Notes: generated from the letters alone by a model not told the origin. 64,000 nucleotides of DNA from an uncultured Acidobacteriota bacterium (GCA_963827655.1 CAWHCF010000002.1:168956-232955); one strand, 5' to 3'; shown: positions 31,344 through 42,179, numbered from the stretch's first letter. Program-made: numbers and translations.

Positions 31344-31792
31344 CCTTTCCGTCTCGAAATATGTCGATCGCAATTCCGGCTTCCTCCACTCCGCAACCAC
31401 ATCACTGCGCGGCGCTTGCATGTCGGCTCAGTTTATTGACCAAACGCGGAAGTTTTATCTCTAGATGAAACGAGAATGGACGAACGTTACGTGTTTGTGT
31501 TGGTGCGCGCTCTTTTCGTTTGGCGTTTTCACAGAGCGCCGGCGCAGCCCAGAGATGTTCAGGTGAATTCAACCTTCATCCTAACGTCGATGACGGCGAG
31601 CCCAAGATTCAAGTGCTGCGAGCGAGCGGCGCGTCGCGGCAAAGCAATAGACTCGAAAAAGTGTTGCGCATATAGCTTTACGCAAGGCCGGGTTGGGCGG
31701 GCGAAGTGGAAAAAGACGTCAGCCAGTAGAGCGGGCCTTGTGATAACCTGTGTGTAACTTCGAGCGATAACGCCAGAAGGCGGAGCGTTGGC

Positions 31793-34291
31793 ATGACCAT
31801 GTCACGAGCACACATCCAAATGACGAAACTGCTTTGCCTCTTTGTCCTTGCAGCGGCAGTTCCAGGAGCAGGCACGCGAACTACTCTCGGGCAGACCTCG
31901 CCTTCTAACGACGAGTTCCAGCGGCTGGTGCGGCCGCTGTTGTCGAAGACATGCGTGACGTGCCACAGCGACCGCGCTCGTACCGCTGGCCTAAGCCTTG
32001 AGTCGTTTCGCGATGAGGCCTCGGCATCCGTGGCGCCGGAGGTGTGGCAGAAGGTTCTCGATAAGCTGAACGCTGGACAGATGCCGCCGCCGCCGGCAGC
32101 GCCTCTTTCTCGATCGGATCTCGCCGCCGTAACCGGATGGATACGAAAACTGCCCGGTATCTCGGACGCGGCAGCGGGCGATTCACCGATTCAGCCCGGC
32201 CGTGTAACCGCTCGTCGCTTGAACAGAACCGAGTACAACAACACCATTCGTGATCTGCTCGGCGTTTCCCTTCGGCCGGCCAACGAGTTCCCGGTCGACG
32301 ATTCCGGGTATGGCTTCGACAATAACGGCGACGTGCTTTCGCTTTCGCCCTTGTTGATGGAGAAGTACATCAACGCGGCCCGCACGGTGTCGCGGGCGGC
32401 GGTATTTGGTGAGCCGTTTCCAGAGCGCCCCACGCTGCTCGTCAAGCTGCAATCGAAGAAGGTGCAGGATGACCTTCAAGCGCGTGGCAACGTGACGCCA
32501 TACTCGCTGCGCGGCGCGGTCTATGCGACGTTCCATGCGCCCGTGGAAGCCGAGTACGAGTTCCGCATCCGCTACCAAAACTTCCGCGGCAGGGAAACCG
32601 TCGTCCAGGATGACGGACCGCAGCGGGGAGCACCTCGGGACGGGGCCGGAGCACCGGCGCAAGCCGCGCCGACCGTGCCGGCGCGTGCCGCCGGCACAAC
32701 GCGACGATACTCAAACGACGAACAGAATCGCCTTGGGGCTCCGCCCGTGGAAATGAAGCTCGCCGTTGATGGAAAGCCCGTCTTTTCCTACGTTGTAGAG
32801 GGCAACTCCGACTACAACTACGCTCGCGGCGAGAATATCGTGCGCGTGAAGCTCAGCGCAGGCGATCACTCGATCCGTGGGTCTTTTCCCGAATACGCGA
32901 ATCTCGCCGACGCTCGCAAACAGTTGAATCCCGATGGCAGGCGCAAGCTCTATATTGATTACATCGACATCGCCGGTCCCTTCGCCGTGGCGTCGACGCG
33001 CCCACCGGGATACAAGAAGATTTTTGTCTGCGGCGAACCCGGAAGCTACTCCGCAGAGTGCGCGCGGGAGATCGTGACGAATCTTCTGACGCGCGCCTAT
33101 CGCCGCCCCGCCACGGAAGACGAAATCGGTAAGCTGCTGGATTTGGTCTCGCAGATCCAGAGACGGGATTCGTTCGAAGAAGCTATCCGGTTTGTCATCG
33201 AAGGCGTCCTGCTTTCACCCAGTTTTCTCTTCCGCATAGAGCGTGACGCACCTGCCCGCCCTGGCTCCAACACTTACGAAATCGATGATTACGAGCTCGC
33301 GTCCCGGCTCTCGTACTTCCTGTGGAGCAGCATGCCGGATGACGATCTGTTCCGCGCGGCGCAGGAGAAGCGACTTCGAGATCCCGTGGGATTGGCGGCA
33401 CAGGTTCAAAGGATGCTCGCGGATCCGAAGTCCTCTGCGCTGGTCGATAACTTCGGCGAACAGTGGTTGAACTTGCGACTGATGGACCGGACGAAGCCCG
33501 ATGCGGAGAAGTTCAATCGTGTCGATGACGAGCTTCTGGCGGCGATGCGCCAGGAGACTCGCCTTTTCATGAACGCCGTGTTCCGTGAAAATCGGAGCGT
33601 GTTGGATTTCATCGATGGCCGTTTCACTTACGTCAATGGCCCGCTGGCGCGCTACTACGGTATTGAAGGCATTGACGGTGAGCAGTTCCAGCGGGTCGAA
33701 CTGGACGGCGAGCAACGCAGCGGCATCGTAACGCAGGCGTCGATCCTCAGCATTTCGTCTTACGCAACACGCACGTCGCCCGTCCTGCGAGGCAAATGGG
33801 TGCTCGACAACCTGCTTGGTACGGCGCCGCCACCTCCACCCGACGGTACACCACAGCTCGTCGAGACCGATATCGGTACGGCGGCGTCGATGCGCCAGCG
33901 TCTGGAGCAGCACCGTGCCAACCCGAGTTGCGCCGCCTGCCACAATTCCATGGACCCGATCGGATTCGGCCTCGAGACCTACGACGCCGCCGGTGCGTGG
34001 CGCACCAAGGATGGGAATTTCGACATCGACAGCTCCGGGACGCTGCCCGACGGCCGATCCTTTGCAGGTGCGAAAGGCTTGAAGGAAGTCCTGAAGGCCG
34101 ACGCTGCACTCTTCGCGCGCAACTTTACCGAGAAACTTTTGACGTTTGCGCTGGGTCGTGGACTGGAACGACCGGACCGCCCAGCCGTCGATCAGATTCT
34201 CGGACAGTGCGCAAGTGACAATTACCGGTTTGCTACGTTGGTGATCCAGATTGTGAACAGCCGTCCGTTCCGGATGCGGGCTAGAGCCTAG
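31793..34291 (+). CDS. DUF1592/1587/1588/1585/1595 (PSD) protein with c-type heme motifs
   Basis: CVTCH, RRLNRTEYNNT, ELASRLSYFLW, TSPVLRGKW and CAACH..DPIGF. Confidence 0.92.
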   Translation: MTMSRAHIQMTKLLCLFVLAAAVPGAGTRTTLGQTSPSNDEFQRLVRPLLSKTCVTCHSDRARTAGLSLESFRDEASASVAPEVWQKVLDKLNAGQMPPPPAAPLSRSDLAAVTGWIRKLPGISDAAAGDSPIQPGRVTARRLNRTEYNNTIRDLLGVSLRPANEFPVDDSGYGFDNNGDVLSLSPLLMEKYINAARTVSRAAVFGEPFPERPTLLVKLQSKKVQDDLQARGNVTPYSLRGAVYATFHAPVEAEYEFRIRYQNFRGRETVVQDDGPQRGAPRDGAGAPAQAAPTVPARAAGTTRRYSNDEQNRLGAPPVEMKLAVDGKPVFSYVVEGNSDYNYARGENIVRVKLSAGDHSIRGSFPEYANLADARKQLNPDGRRKLYIDYIDIAGPFAVASTRPPGYKKIFVCGEPGSYSAECAREIVTNLLTRAYRRPATEDEIGKLLDLVSQIQRRDSFEEAIRFVIEGVLLSPSFLFRIERDAPARPGSNTYEIDDYELASRLSYFLWSSMPDDDLFRAAQEKRLRDPVGLAAQVQRMLADPKSSALVDNFGEQWLNLRLMDRTKPDAEKFNRVDDELLAAMRQETRLFMNAVFRENRSVLDFIDGRFTYVNGPLARYYGIEGIDGEQFQRVELDGEQRSGIVTQASILSISSYATRTSPVLRGKWVLDNLLGTAPPPPPDGTPQLVETDIGTAASMRQRLEQHRANPSCAACHNSMDPIGFGLETYDAAGAWRTKDGNFDIDSSGTLPDGRSFAGAKGLKEVLKADAALFARNFTEKLLTFALGRGLERPDRPAVDQILGQCASDNYRFATLVIQIVNSRPFRMRARA

Positions 34292-34301
34292 AGGAGGAGT
34301 C

Positions 34302-35651
34302 GTGAGAAAGCTGTCTCGTCGTGCCGCGCTGCGCGGTTTTGGAGCCACTGTGGCGCTTCCATTTCTCGACGCGATGTTGCCCGCATTTGCAGCGCCCGCC
34401 CTGCAGAAAGGCGCTGCACCGGGCCGGATGGCGTATTTGTATGTGCCGAATGGCATCGTCATGGACCAGTGGACGCCCGCCGGCGGCGCCGGTTCAACGC
34501 CGTTCGGCGAGCTGCCGCGTATCACGAGCGCGCTCGCGCCCTACCGAAATGACATTCTGATATTGAGCGGCCTCACATCCGACGGTGGACGAGCTCACGG
34601 AGACGGGCCGGGCGATCATGGCCGTGCGGGCGCCGCATATCTGACGGGGGTCCATCCCAAGAAGACCTACGGCAAGGATATCAAAACCGGCGTCTCCATG
34701 GATCAGATTGCAGCGAGGAACCTGGAAGGAAAGACGCGGTTCGCGTCGCTGGAACTCGGCTGCGAGGAAGGGATACAGGGCGGCAACTGCGATAACGGCT
34801 ATAGCTGCGCGTACAGCAACAGCATTTCCTGGCGTACGGAGAATACACCTAATCCTCCGGAGATCCGCCCGCGAGCCGTTTTCGAGCGGATGTTCGGTTC
34901 CACGGATGACGAGAAGGATCCAGCTAAAAGGCAGCGACAAGCGGAGTATCGCAAAAGCGTGTTGGACCTGGTGCTCGGCGACGCACAGCGGCTGAAGACT
35001 ACTCTGGGTGGAGACGACCGGCGTAAACTCGATGAATACCTGTCTTCGATTCGCGATGTTGAAAAACGCATCCAGAATACCGAGCGCAACAACAGCGTAA
35101 ACGTACCCACGACGGCGCCGGCGGCGAGCATTCCCATCGATTTCGCCGAGCATTCGCACGTAATGCTTGACCTGCTTACCCTGGCGTTCCAAACCGACAG
35201 CACACGCGTGATCACGGTACTACTCGGCATCGAGCAGAGTCCTCGTAACTATCCGGAGATCGGCATCACCGAAGGACATCACGGTCTGACGCATCATCAG
35301 GGTGACAGGGCCAAAATCGAGAAGGTCACCCAGATCAACGAGTACCACATCAAACAATTCGTTTATCTGCTCGACAAGCTCAAGGCCTCGCGCGATGGTG
35401 ACGGCTCACTCCTCGACAGTTCCATGATTGTCTATGGCAGCGGCCTCGCAGACGGCAACTCACACCAGCATCACAACCTGCCGACAGTGCTTGCGGGGCG
35501 CGCGCGCGGCACTATTCGTCCCGGCCGGCACATCCGCTATCCGAATGAGACGCCAATCACGAATCTGTATCTGTCGATGCTCGATCGGCTGGATGTCAAG
35601 GTGGAGTCGATCGGTGATAGCACGGGAAGACTCGAAGGCTTGGATACCTGA
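34302..35651 (+). CDS. DUF1552 (HXXSHH-like) Tat-exported protein
   Basis: SRRAALRG, YVPNG, SMDQ, HHGLTHH and DGSLLD; usual partner of the upstream gene. Confidence 0.92.
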   Translation: MRKLSRRAALRGFGATVALPFLDAMLPAFAAPALQKGAAPGRMAYLYVPNGIVMDQWTPAGGAGSTPFGELPRITSALAPYRNDILILSGLTSDGGRAHGDGPGDHGRAGAAYLTGVHPKKTYGKDIKTGVSMDQIAARNLEGKTRFASLELGCEEGIQGGNCDNGYSCAYSNSISWRTENTPNPPEIRPRAVFERMFGSTDDEKDPAKRQRQAEYRKSVLDLVLGDAQRLKTTLGGDDRRKLDEYLSSIRDVEKRIQNTERNNSVNVPTTAPAASIPIDFAEHSHVMLDLLTLAFQTDSTRVITVLLGIEQSPRNYPEIGITEGHHGLTHHQGDRAKIEKVTQINEYHIKQFVYLLDKLKASRDGDGSLLDSSMIVYGSGLADGNSHQHHNLPTVLAGRARGTIRPGRHIRYPNETPITNLYLSMLDRLDVKVESIGDSTGRLEGLDT

Positions 35652-35820
35652 AACGTTGGAAATTCTGGCGACAGGCTATTACCGAATTGGGAGTTGGGAG
35701 TTGAGTAACCTAGAAGCTGTGAAAAAATAAAGAAAACCACGGAGAAAAAGTAATTCTGATCAGGCTTTTCTCCACGATTTCCGTGTCCTCCGAAAATGAC
35801 TCTTTGTTCCGCCTATCCGC

Positions 35821-35995
35821 CTGTCCATCGCAAAAACCCCGGCCTCATTAGGGTTGACTTTACGTACCATTGAGTCCGACACTCGTTGGCCATGATGCTG
35901 ACGATTCTGCGACTGCTCTGTCTGATTCAGACCGCCCTCAGGCTGCGTTCGGAGCTGGCTCTTGAGAACCTGGCGCTGCGACAGCAGGTTGTGTT
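35821..35995 (+). mobile_element. Remnant of an rve-integrase-type transposase N-terminus
   Basis: LRSELALENLALRQQV at 35943-35990; possible terminus CTGTCCATCGCAAAAAC at 35821. Confidence 0.5.
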
Positions 35996-36202
35996 CCGCA
36001 AATATTCGATCTGACAAGAAAATTGGCTTTTGAGCATGTAAGATTTTGTCCGCCATGCTGAACCTGCCCCAACTTGCAAAGTTTCGGACAACAAGGTGAC
36101 GGGCCACCGTGACGCGGGTGGTCACGGATTCGAACGGCCAGAGTGTCCCCGGCGCGTCATTGCGCGAAACCAGTCAGTCCTCCAGCTCGGCGAGACTTCC
36201 GC

Positions 36203-37126
36203 TCAGGGTTTGCTCTTTGACCGGCTCGCGCTGACGTCCTCGGTTGAAAAGTGAATATAAGTGAAACATTCAGGAATATGAGAGTCCCAGATCCCGTGCC
36301 GGCTCCAGGCCCAGCCGCCCGAGTCTTTGGCAGGCGCGGGAGCCTTGTACTGATTGAAGCGCGAAAAATCCATACGCCAGATGTCGCCGTTCTTGGGGGG
36401 CAGCGACCGGCCATCTGCCCGAGCCAGCCATTTCATTCCCGGCCAGGGAAACGCCAACTCAACCGTCCAACCGCTGTCTGTGTCCCCACTCTGGTTGAGA
36501 GTGCCATTCACATGGACTGCAGTTTGCAATCCCGGAAAGTCCCACGCCCAGGAGCCCAGGCGGCGTCCGCGAGGATGCGTTTTGAAACCGACTCCGTTGA
36601 ACGGCCTGACTTTTGGATTGGAGCGGGAAAACTCCGGGACACCAGCGAAGCCACCCTGTTCGTAGCTCTCTTCCCAAATGAAGAACACTTCGTAGATGGT
36701 GTTGAAGGCATTGATTTCGAACTCATAGTAGCTGTCCTTGCCGGCGATAAAGAGCTCAACATCATTGTTCTTGTAGATGGGAGAATCCCGCTCGGTCAGG
36801 GTCGCCGCCACGTTCGGCTCTTCCACCCAGTAGCCGACATAGAACTGGTTGTCGTCCCAGAGCAAAGCGGCTCTCGTGTCGTACAATGTCGCCTGACCAC
36901 TGATTAAGTCGACAAAGCGGGACGAGCGGGGAGCCGAGCGCCAGCCGGGTTCGTCGAGAACCCCGTCGACCTTGATAGGTTCCTTCAGGCGATAAGCCGT
37001 GTAATGAGGAATGTCTTTCTCTGCGCAGGGAAATTGCGACTTATCTTGAGACATGGGGGTGCCGGCCAGGAGGCCGAATCCGATGATGATGCCGACCAGA
37101 TAGCCTATGGAAGTTCGTGTCTTCAT
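36203..37126 (-). CDS. Carbohydrate-binding family 9-like protein
   Basis: IKVDGVLDE, LLWDD, YYEFEINA, WTVELAFPW and WRMDFSR; signal peptide. Confidence 0.85.
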   Translation of the reverse strand: MKTRTSIGYLVGIIIGFGLLAGTPMSQDKSQFPCAEKDIPHYTAYRLKEPIKVDGVLDEPGWRSAPRSSRFVDLISGQATLYDTRAALLWDDNQFYVGYWVEEPNVAATLTERDSPIYKNNDVELFIAGKDSYYEFEINAFNTIYEVFFIWEESYEQGGFAGVPEFSRSNPKVRPFNGVGFKTHPRGRRLGSWAWDFPGLQTAVHVNGTLNQSGDTDSGWTVELAFPWPGMKWLARADGRSLPPKNGDIWRMDFSRFNQYKAPAPAKDSGGWAWSRHGIWDSHIPECFTYIHFSTEDVSASRSKSKP

Positions 37127-37634
37127 CTTGCTCCTCGCCGCGACGACGGCCTGATCGTGCTTTCCAAATTCGAAACGTATTAAATTCCTTGAAGTCGGTG
37201 GTGTGGCTTGCAACTGATGCAACATCTTGAGAGAAATTTGTCAGTACGCGCGTCTTTATTCTCCAAGCGACGGTTCTGCGTGAAAAGAACTTGTGAGAAT
37301 TTTATCGGCGAGGGGTGAGTCGCCGTATTCCCGCGAGGCTTTTTATCATACCACCGTCCTATTTCGAACGGACAAGAAGGGCGGTAGCCATGACGAGACA
37401 GCTCCGAACCACACCAGCGCCTGCCATCGTCCTGGGCTGTTTGCTGAGCCTTACACTGCGGTCAGCCAAGCCCAGGAAACAGGCCAAGCTGGGAGAGGCT
37501 TGATCGGGCCCGGGATCGAGTCCGCCGGCGTGTTCCCTGAGGAGGTGCCGAATGCGGGTTCGATGGAGTATACGGTCCCCACTGGAGGCGCCTGCAGCTA
37601 GAGGTGGCAAGACCACACCTGCTCTGCGACTTCA

Positions 37635-37721
37635 CTATTCTTCGGCAGTCCTAAGGTAGGCCTGCAAAACGAGGGCATTGTGGCCGGTTCCAAGAATTAT
37701 GGCGTCGAAGGTTTCGCTCAT
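37635..37721 (-). pseudogene. N-terminal stub of a phytoene-dehydrogenase-like FAD oxidoreductase
   Basis: MSETFDAIILGTGHNALVLQAYL followed by a stop after 28 residues. Confidence 0.55.
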
Positions 37722-37763
37722 CGCGCGTCTGGCCGTGCAAATTGCAGCAGAGGATCCGGCGGA

Positions 37764-39368
37764 TCAGAATGGAGCTCGACACTCGAAGTTCTTAGCGTCA
37801 TCCGTGCTACCGCGCCCCTTGTACCGGGCGACCAGCGGATAGGGGCAGAGAGGTCGTGATCGGATTACAACACCTGTCGCATCACGGCGAATAGCCGGGA
37901 GAGAGTCAGGGGCCGCGCTGTCCTCTACCCACCGCAGCAGCGCGTCCAGAAATCCGCTCGGTTGTGGTCCAGGTCCGCCTCCGCAATGACCCACGCCAGG
38001 CGCCATGAACAGGCGCATGAACTTCTCGGTCTCCCTTCGCCCGCCCATGCGTTCGACCACGCGGTCGTAGTAGTCGATGCTGCCTTCGGGGAAGATGAGT
38101 TCGTCAGACCAGCCGTGCCAGACGAGCAGTTTGCCATTCGACTTCCGGAAAAGCGACAGGTCGGGATTGGCCGTGCCGATGACCGCGTCATACTGCTCCA
38201 CCGACTGATCGAAGAGCTGCTCGAAGCGTTTGGGAGTGAGGGTCGTCCAATCCCAAGATGGGTCCTGCTGGAGAAAATATCGGAGCCACTCTAGTGAGAT
38301 CCTGAATGGCCGGCCGGTTAGTGGCGTGCCGTCTGTCCCAGCAAGGCGGGTGAGCGGTGCCCCGCGCGCGAGCCCGTACCACATCTTAGTGCCATCGGCG
38401 CGGCGCGGCCCATCCCACACTTTCTGGATAACGGCTGCATCGGCTAGAGTGAACACGCCGCAGTTTTCGGTGCTCGTTCCGACCAGCGTCTTTGGATCGA
38501 ACGTGCAGCGCCGCGGGTCCTCGAGTACACCATCCTCGACGCCGTCCATCGTGTCGCAGGATTTTACGGCCGCGGCCGTCGCCATGTCGGCCTTGCAGGC
38601 CGGCAGGAAATTCCGCGTGTCGAGCATCACGACCTGGGGCCAGAAGTCTGCGGGAATGAATTGCCCCCAATTGATTGCCGGTGCGATCGCAAGAATCCCG
38701 TCGTAGTCGTCCGGGAATCGTTGTGCCTCCATGAGGCCCTGCCGGCCGCCGCTCGAACAGCCGTTGAAATACGAGTAGCGCGGCGGCACCCCGTACAACC
38801 CTCGCGTGAGTTCTTTCGCGACGACGGTCATCGCGTGAATGCCGAGCGAGGCGTTGTCACGGATCAACTGCCAATTGAGCCGCCCGTTGGCATCGAGAGC
38901 GAAGCTCCCGCTGCCACCCTCATGACCGGTATCGGTTGCGGCGGCGACATATCCCATGTCGGCGGGTTGGATGATGTTGTTTGCGCTCCCGCCGGCATAG
39001 CCGCCTCCGCCCGTGGCTTGAAAACGGCCGTTCCAGTCTTGCATCGGAAGTGCGACGAACACCTTGATCCGATCTCCAGCCGGCGGGTGCGTGACCGTAG
39101 CCGTGACACGGCACACGGGACCACTCTTGCGCTGGTCGATTGTCGCGCTGTCGATTGTGGTGTCACGCAATTCGACTGATGCGAGACTCTCGCACAATCG
39201 CACCGGTCTGGCGCCCGGGATGGCGGGCTTGGGCGCGACCGGCGGAGGACCGGAAGACTGCACACCAGGCTGCACCTGCACGGGAGCGGCGGGTGCCGGC
39301 GTGCCAACCTGCTGGACGTTGAGGACGAAAGTGCCGAGAGCCAGCACAAATCCGAACGATCGGAGCAT
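37764..39368 (-). CDS. Tannase/feruloyl esterase family hydrolase
   Basis: WNGRF, TDTGH, GCSSGGRQG, HGWSD and PGVGHC (CS-D-HC motif). Confidence 0.93.
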   Translation of the reverse strand: MLRSFGFVLALGTFVLNVQQVGTPAPAAPVQVQPGVQSSGPPPVAPKPAIPGARPVRLCESLASVELRDTTIDSATIDQRKSGPVCRVTATVTHPPAGDRIKVFVALPMQDWNGRFQATGGGGYAGGSANNIIQPADMGYVAAATDTGHEGGSGSFALDANGRLNWQLIRDNASLGIHAMTVVAKELTRGLYGVPPRYSYFNGCSSGGRQGLMEAQRFPDDYDGILAIAPAINWGQFIPADFWPQVVMLDTRNFLPACKADMATAAAVKSCDTMDGVEDGVLEDPRRCTFDPKTLVGTSTENCGVFTLADAAVIQKVWDGPRRADGTKMWYGLARGAPLTRLAGTDGTPLTGRPFRISLEWLRYFLQQDPSWDWTTLTPKRFEQLFDQSVEQYDAVIGTANPDLSLFRKSNGKLLVWHGWSDELIFPEGSIDYYDRVVERMGGRRETEKFMRLFMAPGVGHCGGGPGPQPSGFLDALLRWVEDSAAPDSLPAIRRDATGVVIRSRPLCPYPLVARYKGRGSTDDAKNFECRAPF

Positions 39369-39663
39369 GGGTCCCCTCTATAATGTGCATTGAATCCCGT
39401 GGGCCTTCAATACTGCGCGGCTCGAACGGTGCGCCAGCTTGAACGTCGCGTAGAGACGTATAGGCGGAAAAGGCCGCTCTTTCGAAGAGGAACTGAGTTA
39501 CGACTTCTTTCCACTGCCTCTGGATTGGGTGATCATATTAACTTCCGACTACGCCAGCGCCGACAGGGAGGGATTCTATACCGAAAAAGAGTTGCCCCAC
39601 GCAGCGAATTTGCACACGGCTATCCCTGGGCAGGTTGATGGGATCTATCACGAAGGCAAGCGC

Positions 39664-41028
39664 ATGAGCGTTCCTCGCTTTGAGCTGCGCGCGGCGGCCG
39701 CGCTGTTCCTCGAGCGCCAGTGGCTCGATCGCCCGCGTGGCCGCAGACTGTCGGAGAGCTCGCTGGACGCGTTCGCACGGGCGACCGGTGGCATCCAGCT
39801 CGACTCGATCAACGTGGTGGAACGCGCGCATCACCTGACGCTTTGGAGCCGCTTCGGCCCGTATCGCCTCGAATCGCTGCGCAGGCTGATCGAGGAGAGG
39901 CGTGTGTTGTTCGAGTACTGGGCGCACGTCGCATGTCTGATTGCGACCTCCGACTTCCCGGCGTGGCGCCGGGCGATGCTCGACTATCGGCACCGCCACA
40001 AAGGCTGGGCGTTCCTGCTCGAGAAGCACAGAGACATAATCCCAAAGGTCGAACAGGCAATCCGCGAGCACGGACCAATCGGAAACTCGTACTTCAGCTA
40101 TCCCACGGGCGAGGCCGCCGGCGGCTGGTGGAACTGGAAGCCGGCGACCCACGCGCTTGACTGGATGTTCATGAGCGGGCGCATCACCGTTCACTCGCGC
40201 GTTCACTTTCACAAGCGCTTCGATCTGATGGAGCGTGTGCTGCCGGAAGCCCTCGCGCGGGAACCATTGTCGGCCGCGGCGTTCAAGACCTGGCACCTGC
40301 GCCGCTCGCTGACCGCGATGGGAGCGGCGACCGAGACGGATCTGCGGCTGTACCTCACGTACCCGCGTATGCGGTCGACGGAGCGCCGGGCGGTCTTCCA
40401 GGAGGCGGTGCGCACCGGCGAAGTGGTGGAGATCGCGCTCGAAGGCGATCATGGCCGCTGGTTCGTGCTGCGGGACGATCTGCCGGCGCTCGAAGCCGCG
40501 GCCCGCAAGCGCGCACCGTCTAAAGGCTCGGCGCTGCTCGCGCCGTTCGATTCCTTCCTCTGGCACCGCGAGCGCACGCGACGGCTGTTCGGGCTCGACT
40601 ACCGAATCGAGGTCTACACTCCGGACCACAAGCGCACGCACGGGTACTACACGCTGCCGATGCTGGTGGACGGGTACCTGATCGGGCGCGCGGACGTCAA
40701 GACGCACCGCGGCGAGGGTGTGCTCGAGCTTCGGCGCGTGCAGTTCGAGCCATGGCTGGTGGCGGGCGACCCGCCGCCCGCAGCAAGTTGGAAGCCACTC
40801 GCCCTCGATCGCGCGCTGGCCGGGGTGGCGGAGGCAGCACATTCGCTCGCAGCGTTCGTCGGCGCCACGCGTGTGCAGTTGTCGCGCACCGCACCCACCA
40901 GGCTACACGCGCCGCTGCGCAGGTCGCTGGAAGCAGCCGCTGCCGACGCCCCCCGCCGAGCCGAACGCGGTGGGCGGGCAAGAGGAAATTCCCGGTGGCG
41001 AACCTCCGACTCGGAGGCGCTGGTCTGA
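39664..41028 (+). CDS. YcaQ-like (AlkZ/HTH_42) DNA crosslink-repair glycosylase
   Basis: IQLDSINVV (QxD), FEYWAH, LLAPFD and YRIEVYTP..KR.HGYY motifs. Confidence 0.88.
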   Translation: MSVPRFELRAAAALFLERQWLDRPRGRRLSESSLDAFARATGGIQLDSINVVERAHHLTLWSRFGPYRLESLRRLIEERRVLFEYWAHVACLIATSDFPAWRRAMLDYRHRHKGWAFLLEKHRDIIPKVEQAIREHGPIGNSYFSYPTGEAAGGWWNWKPATHALDWMFMSGRITVHSRVHFHKRFDLMERVLPEALAREPLSAAAFKTWHLRRSLTAMGAATETDLRLYLTYPRMRSTERRAVFQEAVRTGEVVEIALEGDHGRWFVLRDDLPALEAAARKRAPSKGSALLAPFDSFLWHRERTRRLFGLDYRIEVYTPDHKRTHGYYTLPMLVDGYLIGRADVKTHRGEGVLELRRVQFEPWLVAGDPPPAASWKPLALDRALAGVAEAAHSLAAFVGATRVQLSRTAPTRLHAPLRRSLEAAAADAPRRAERGGRARGNSRWRTSDSEALV

Positions 41029-41053
41029 TGGCAGCCTCCCACGCGAAACCGCG

Positions 41054-41127
41054 GGTGCTTTCGTCATCAAGTGTTGCTGGAAGGGCCTTAAAACTTTATG
41101 AGGCATGATATTACAGACTAATTTCAC
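41054..41127 (+). mobile_element. IS1-family left end interrupted by IS6
   Basis: GGTGCTTTCGTCATCAAGTGTTGCT is the inverted counterpart of 28883-28907. Confidence 0.7.
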
Positions 41128-41742
41128 GGTATTGTCAACTTGGCATCCTCGGATCGAGGTCGGGACGGTTGTGGGGTTGACGCCTTGATTGATCAGGCAA
41201 ATGTTACTTCATGCCAAAATAAGGAAGGAGCGGGCTCGCAATAGCCGGTGGTTGGCTGACCGGAGCAGGTGCCGTCCAACTCGGAAGAGATTGTGGATGA
41301 TTCCGTGGACCGACAGGAATCGTTGCGCTTGAGCGGCGGATTTAAACCCTCGCATTTGTCGCTCGCGTTGTCGAGTTGGCTCGTGTGAGACTTCAGCGCG
41401 ATTGTTGGCGTAACATTCGGTGTCATGGATGACAGAAGGCATGATGGTCCGGAGCGCTGCGCCGTAGCTCCTCAGCCTATCGGTTACCAGCCGCCAGGGT
41501 TCGCTTCCCTGGCCCTTCAAAAGCCGACGAAAGAAGCGTTCCGCTGCACACTGATCGCGACGGCGCTGGACAAGAATATCGATTACGTCCCCGTCCTGGT
41601 CAACCGCGCGCCAGAGATACTGTCGCTGACCCTGGATAGTCACGAAGAGTTCGTCCAGGTGCCAAGTGTCACCCAAGCGGCCCTGTCGTCGCTTGAGTGT
41701 CCGGGCGTATCGGCACCGAACTTCTGACACCACTGTCGGATG
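41128..41742 (-). mobile_element. IS6-family transposase 3' two-thirds with right IR
   Basis: WHLDE, YLWRAVDQDG, VTDRL and NNRAEVSH; IR GGTATTGTCAACTT; 5' part missing. Confidence 0.92.
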
Positions 41743-41855
41743 GCCTCGAGGAGACTTGAGAATCACGCGCTCTGCCGAAAGTCTCAACATCTCGGGTCAG
41801 GCTCTCGGTAGAATGGGGTTGATTAACGTTAATCAATCTCAAGGAGGTCTTTCCT

Positions 41856-42179
41856 TTGCGCAAAAAGACCGCAGCTATGGTCCATCGTCTCCCCATCACC
41901 AAAGCACGGATCAACCTTGGCCAGGTTGTGCGTAGAGCGCATGTCAACAAGGAGTACTTCATCCTGGAAAAAGACGGCATTCCCGTGGCCGGAATCATGG
42001 ATGCCGATGAACTTGAGGATTATCTTGAGCTACAGGATCCCAAGGTCCGGCGCTTCATCAAGGAGAGCCATCAGGAATACCTTGCCGGCAGATCAAGACC
42101 CGCCGAGGAACTCTTGGCAGCACTGCGACGCAAGACGACACAACGAGCAAAGAAGACTCGTAAACCCACGAAAGCATGA
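41856..42179 (+). CDS. Phd/YefM-family antitoxin
   Basis: LPITKARINLGQVV..ILEKDGIPVAGIM; overlaps the toxin start (ATGA). Confidence 0.82.
   Translation: MRKKTAAMVHRLPITKARINLGQVVRRAHVNKEYFILEKDGIPVAGIMDADELEDYLELQDPKVRRFIKESHQEYLAGRSRPAEELLAALRRKTTQRAKKTRKPTKA

Noticed and set aside
39529-39663. N-terminal extension or fusion on the YcaQ-like gene
   Set aside because: Composition differs from the gene body and family similarity starts near ATG 39664; probably an unrelated in-frame remnant.
31149-41742. One IS6 split by a 10-kb insertion
   Set aside because: The 5' fragment is on the + strand and the 3' fragment on the - strand, so a simple insertion does not fit. An inversion is possible but unsupported.
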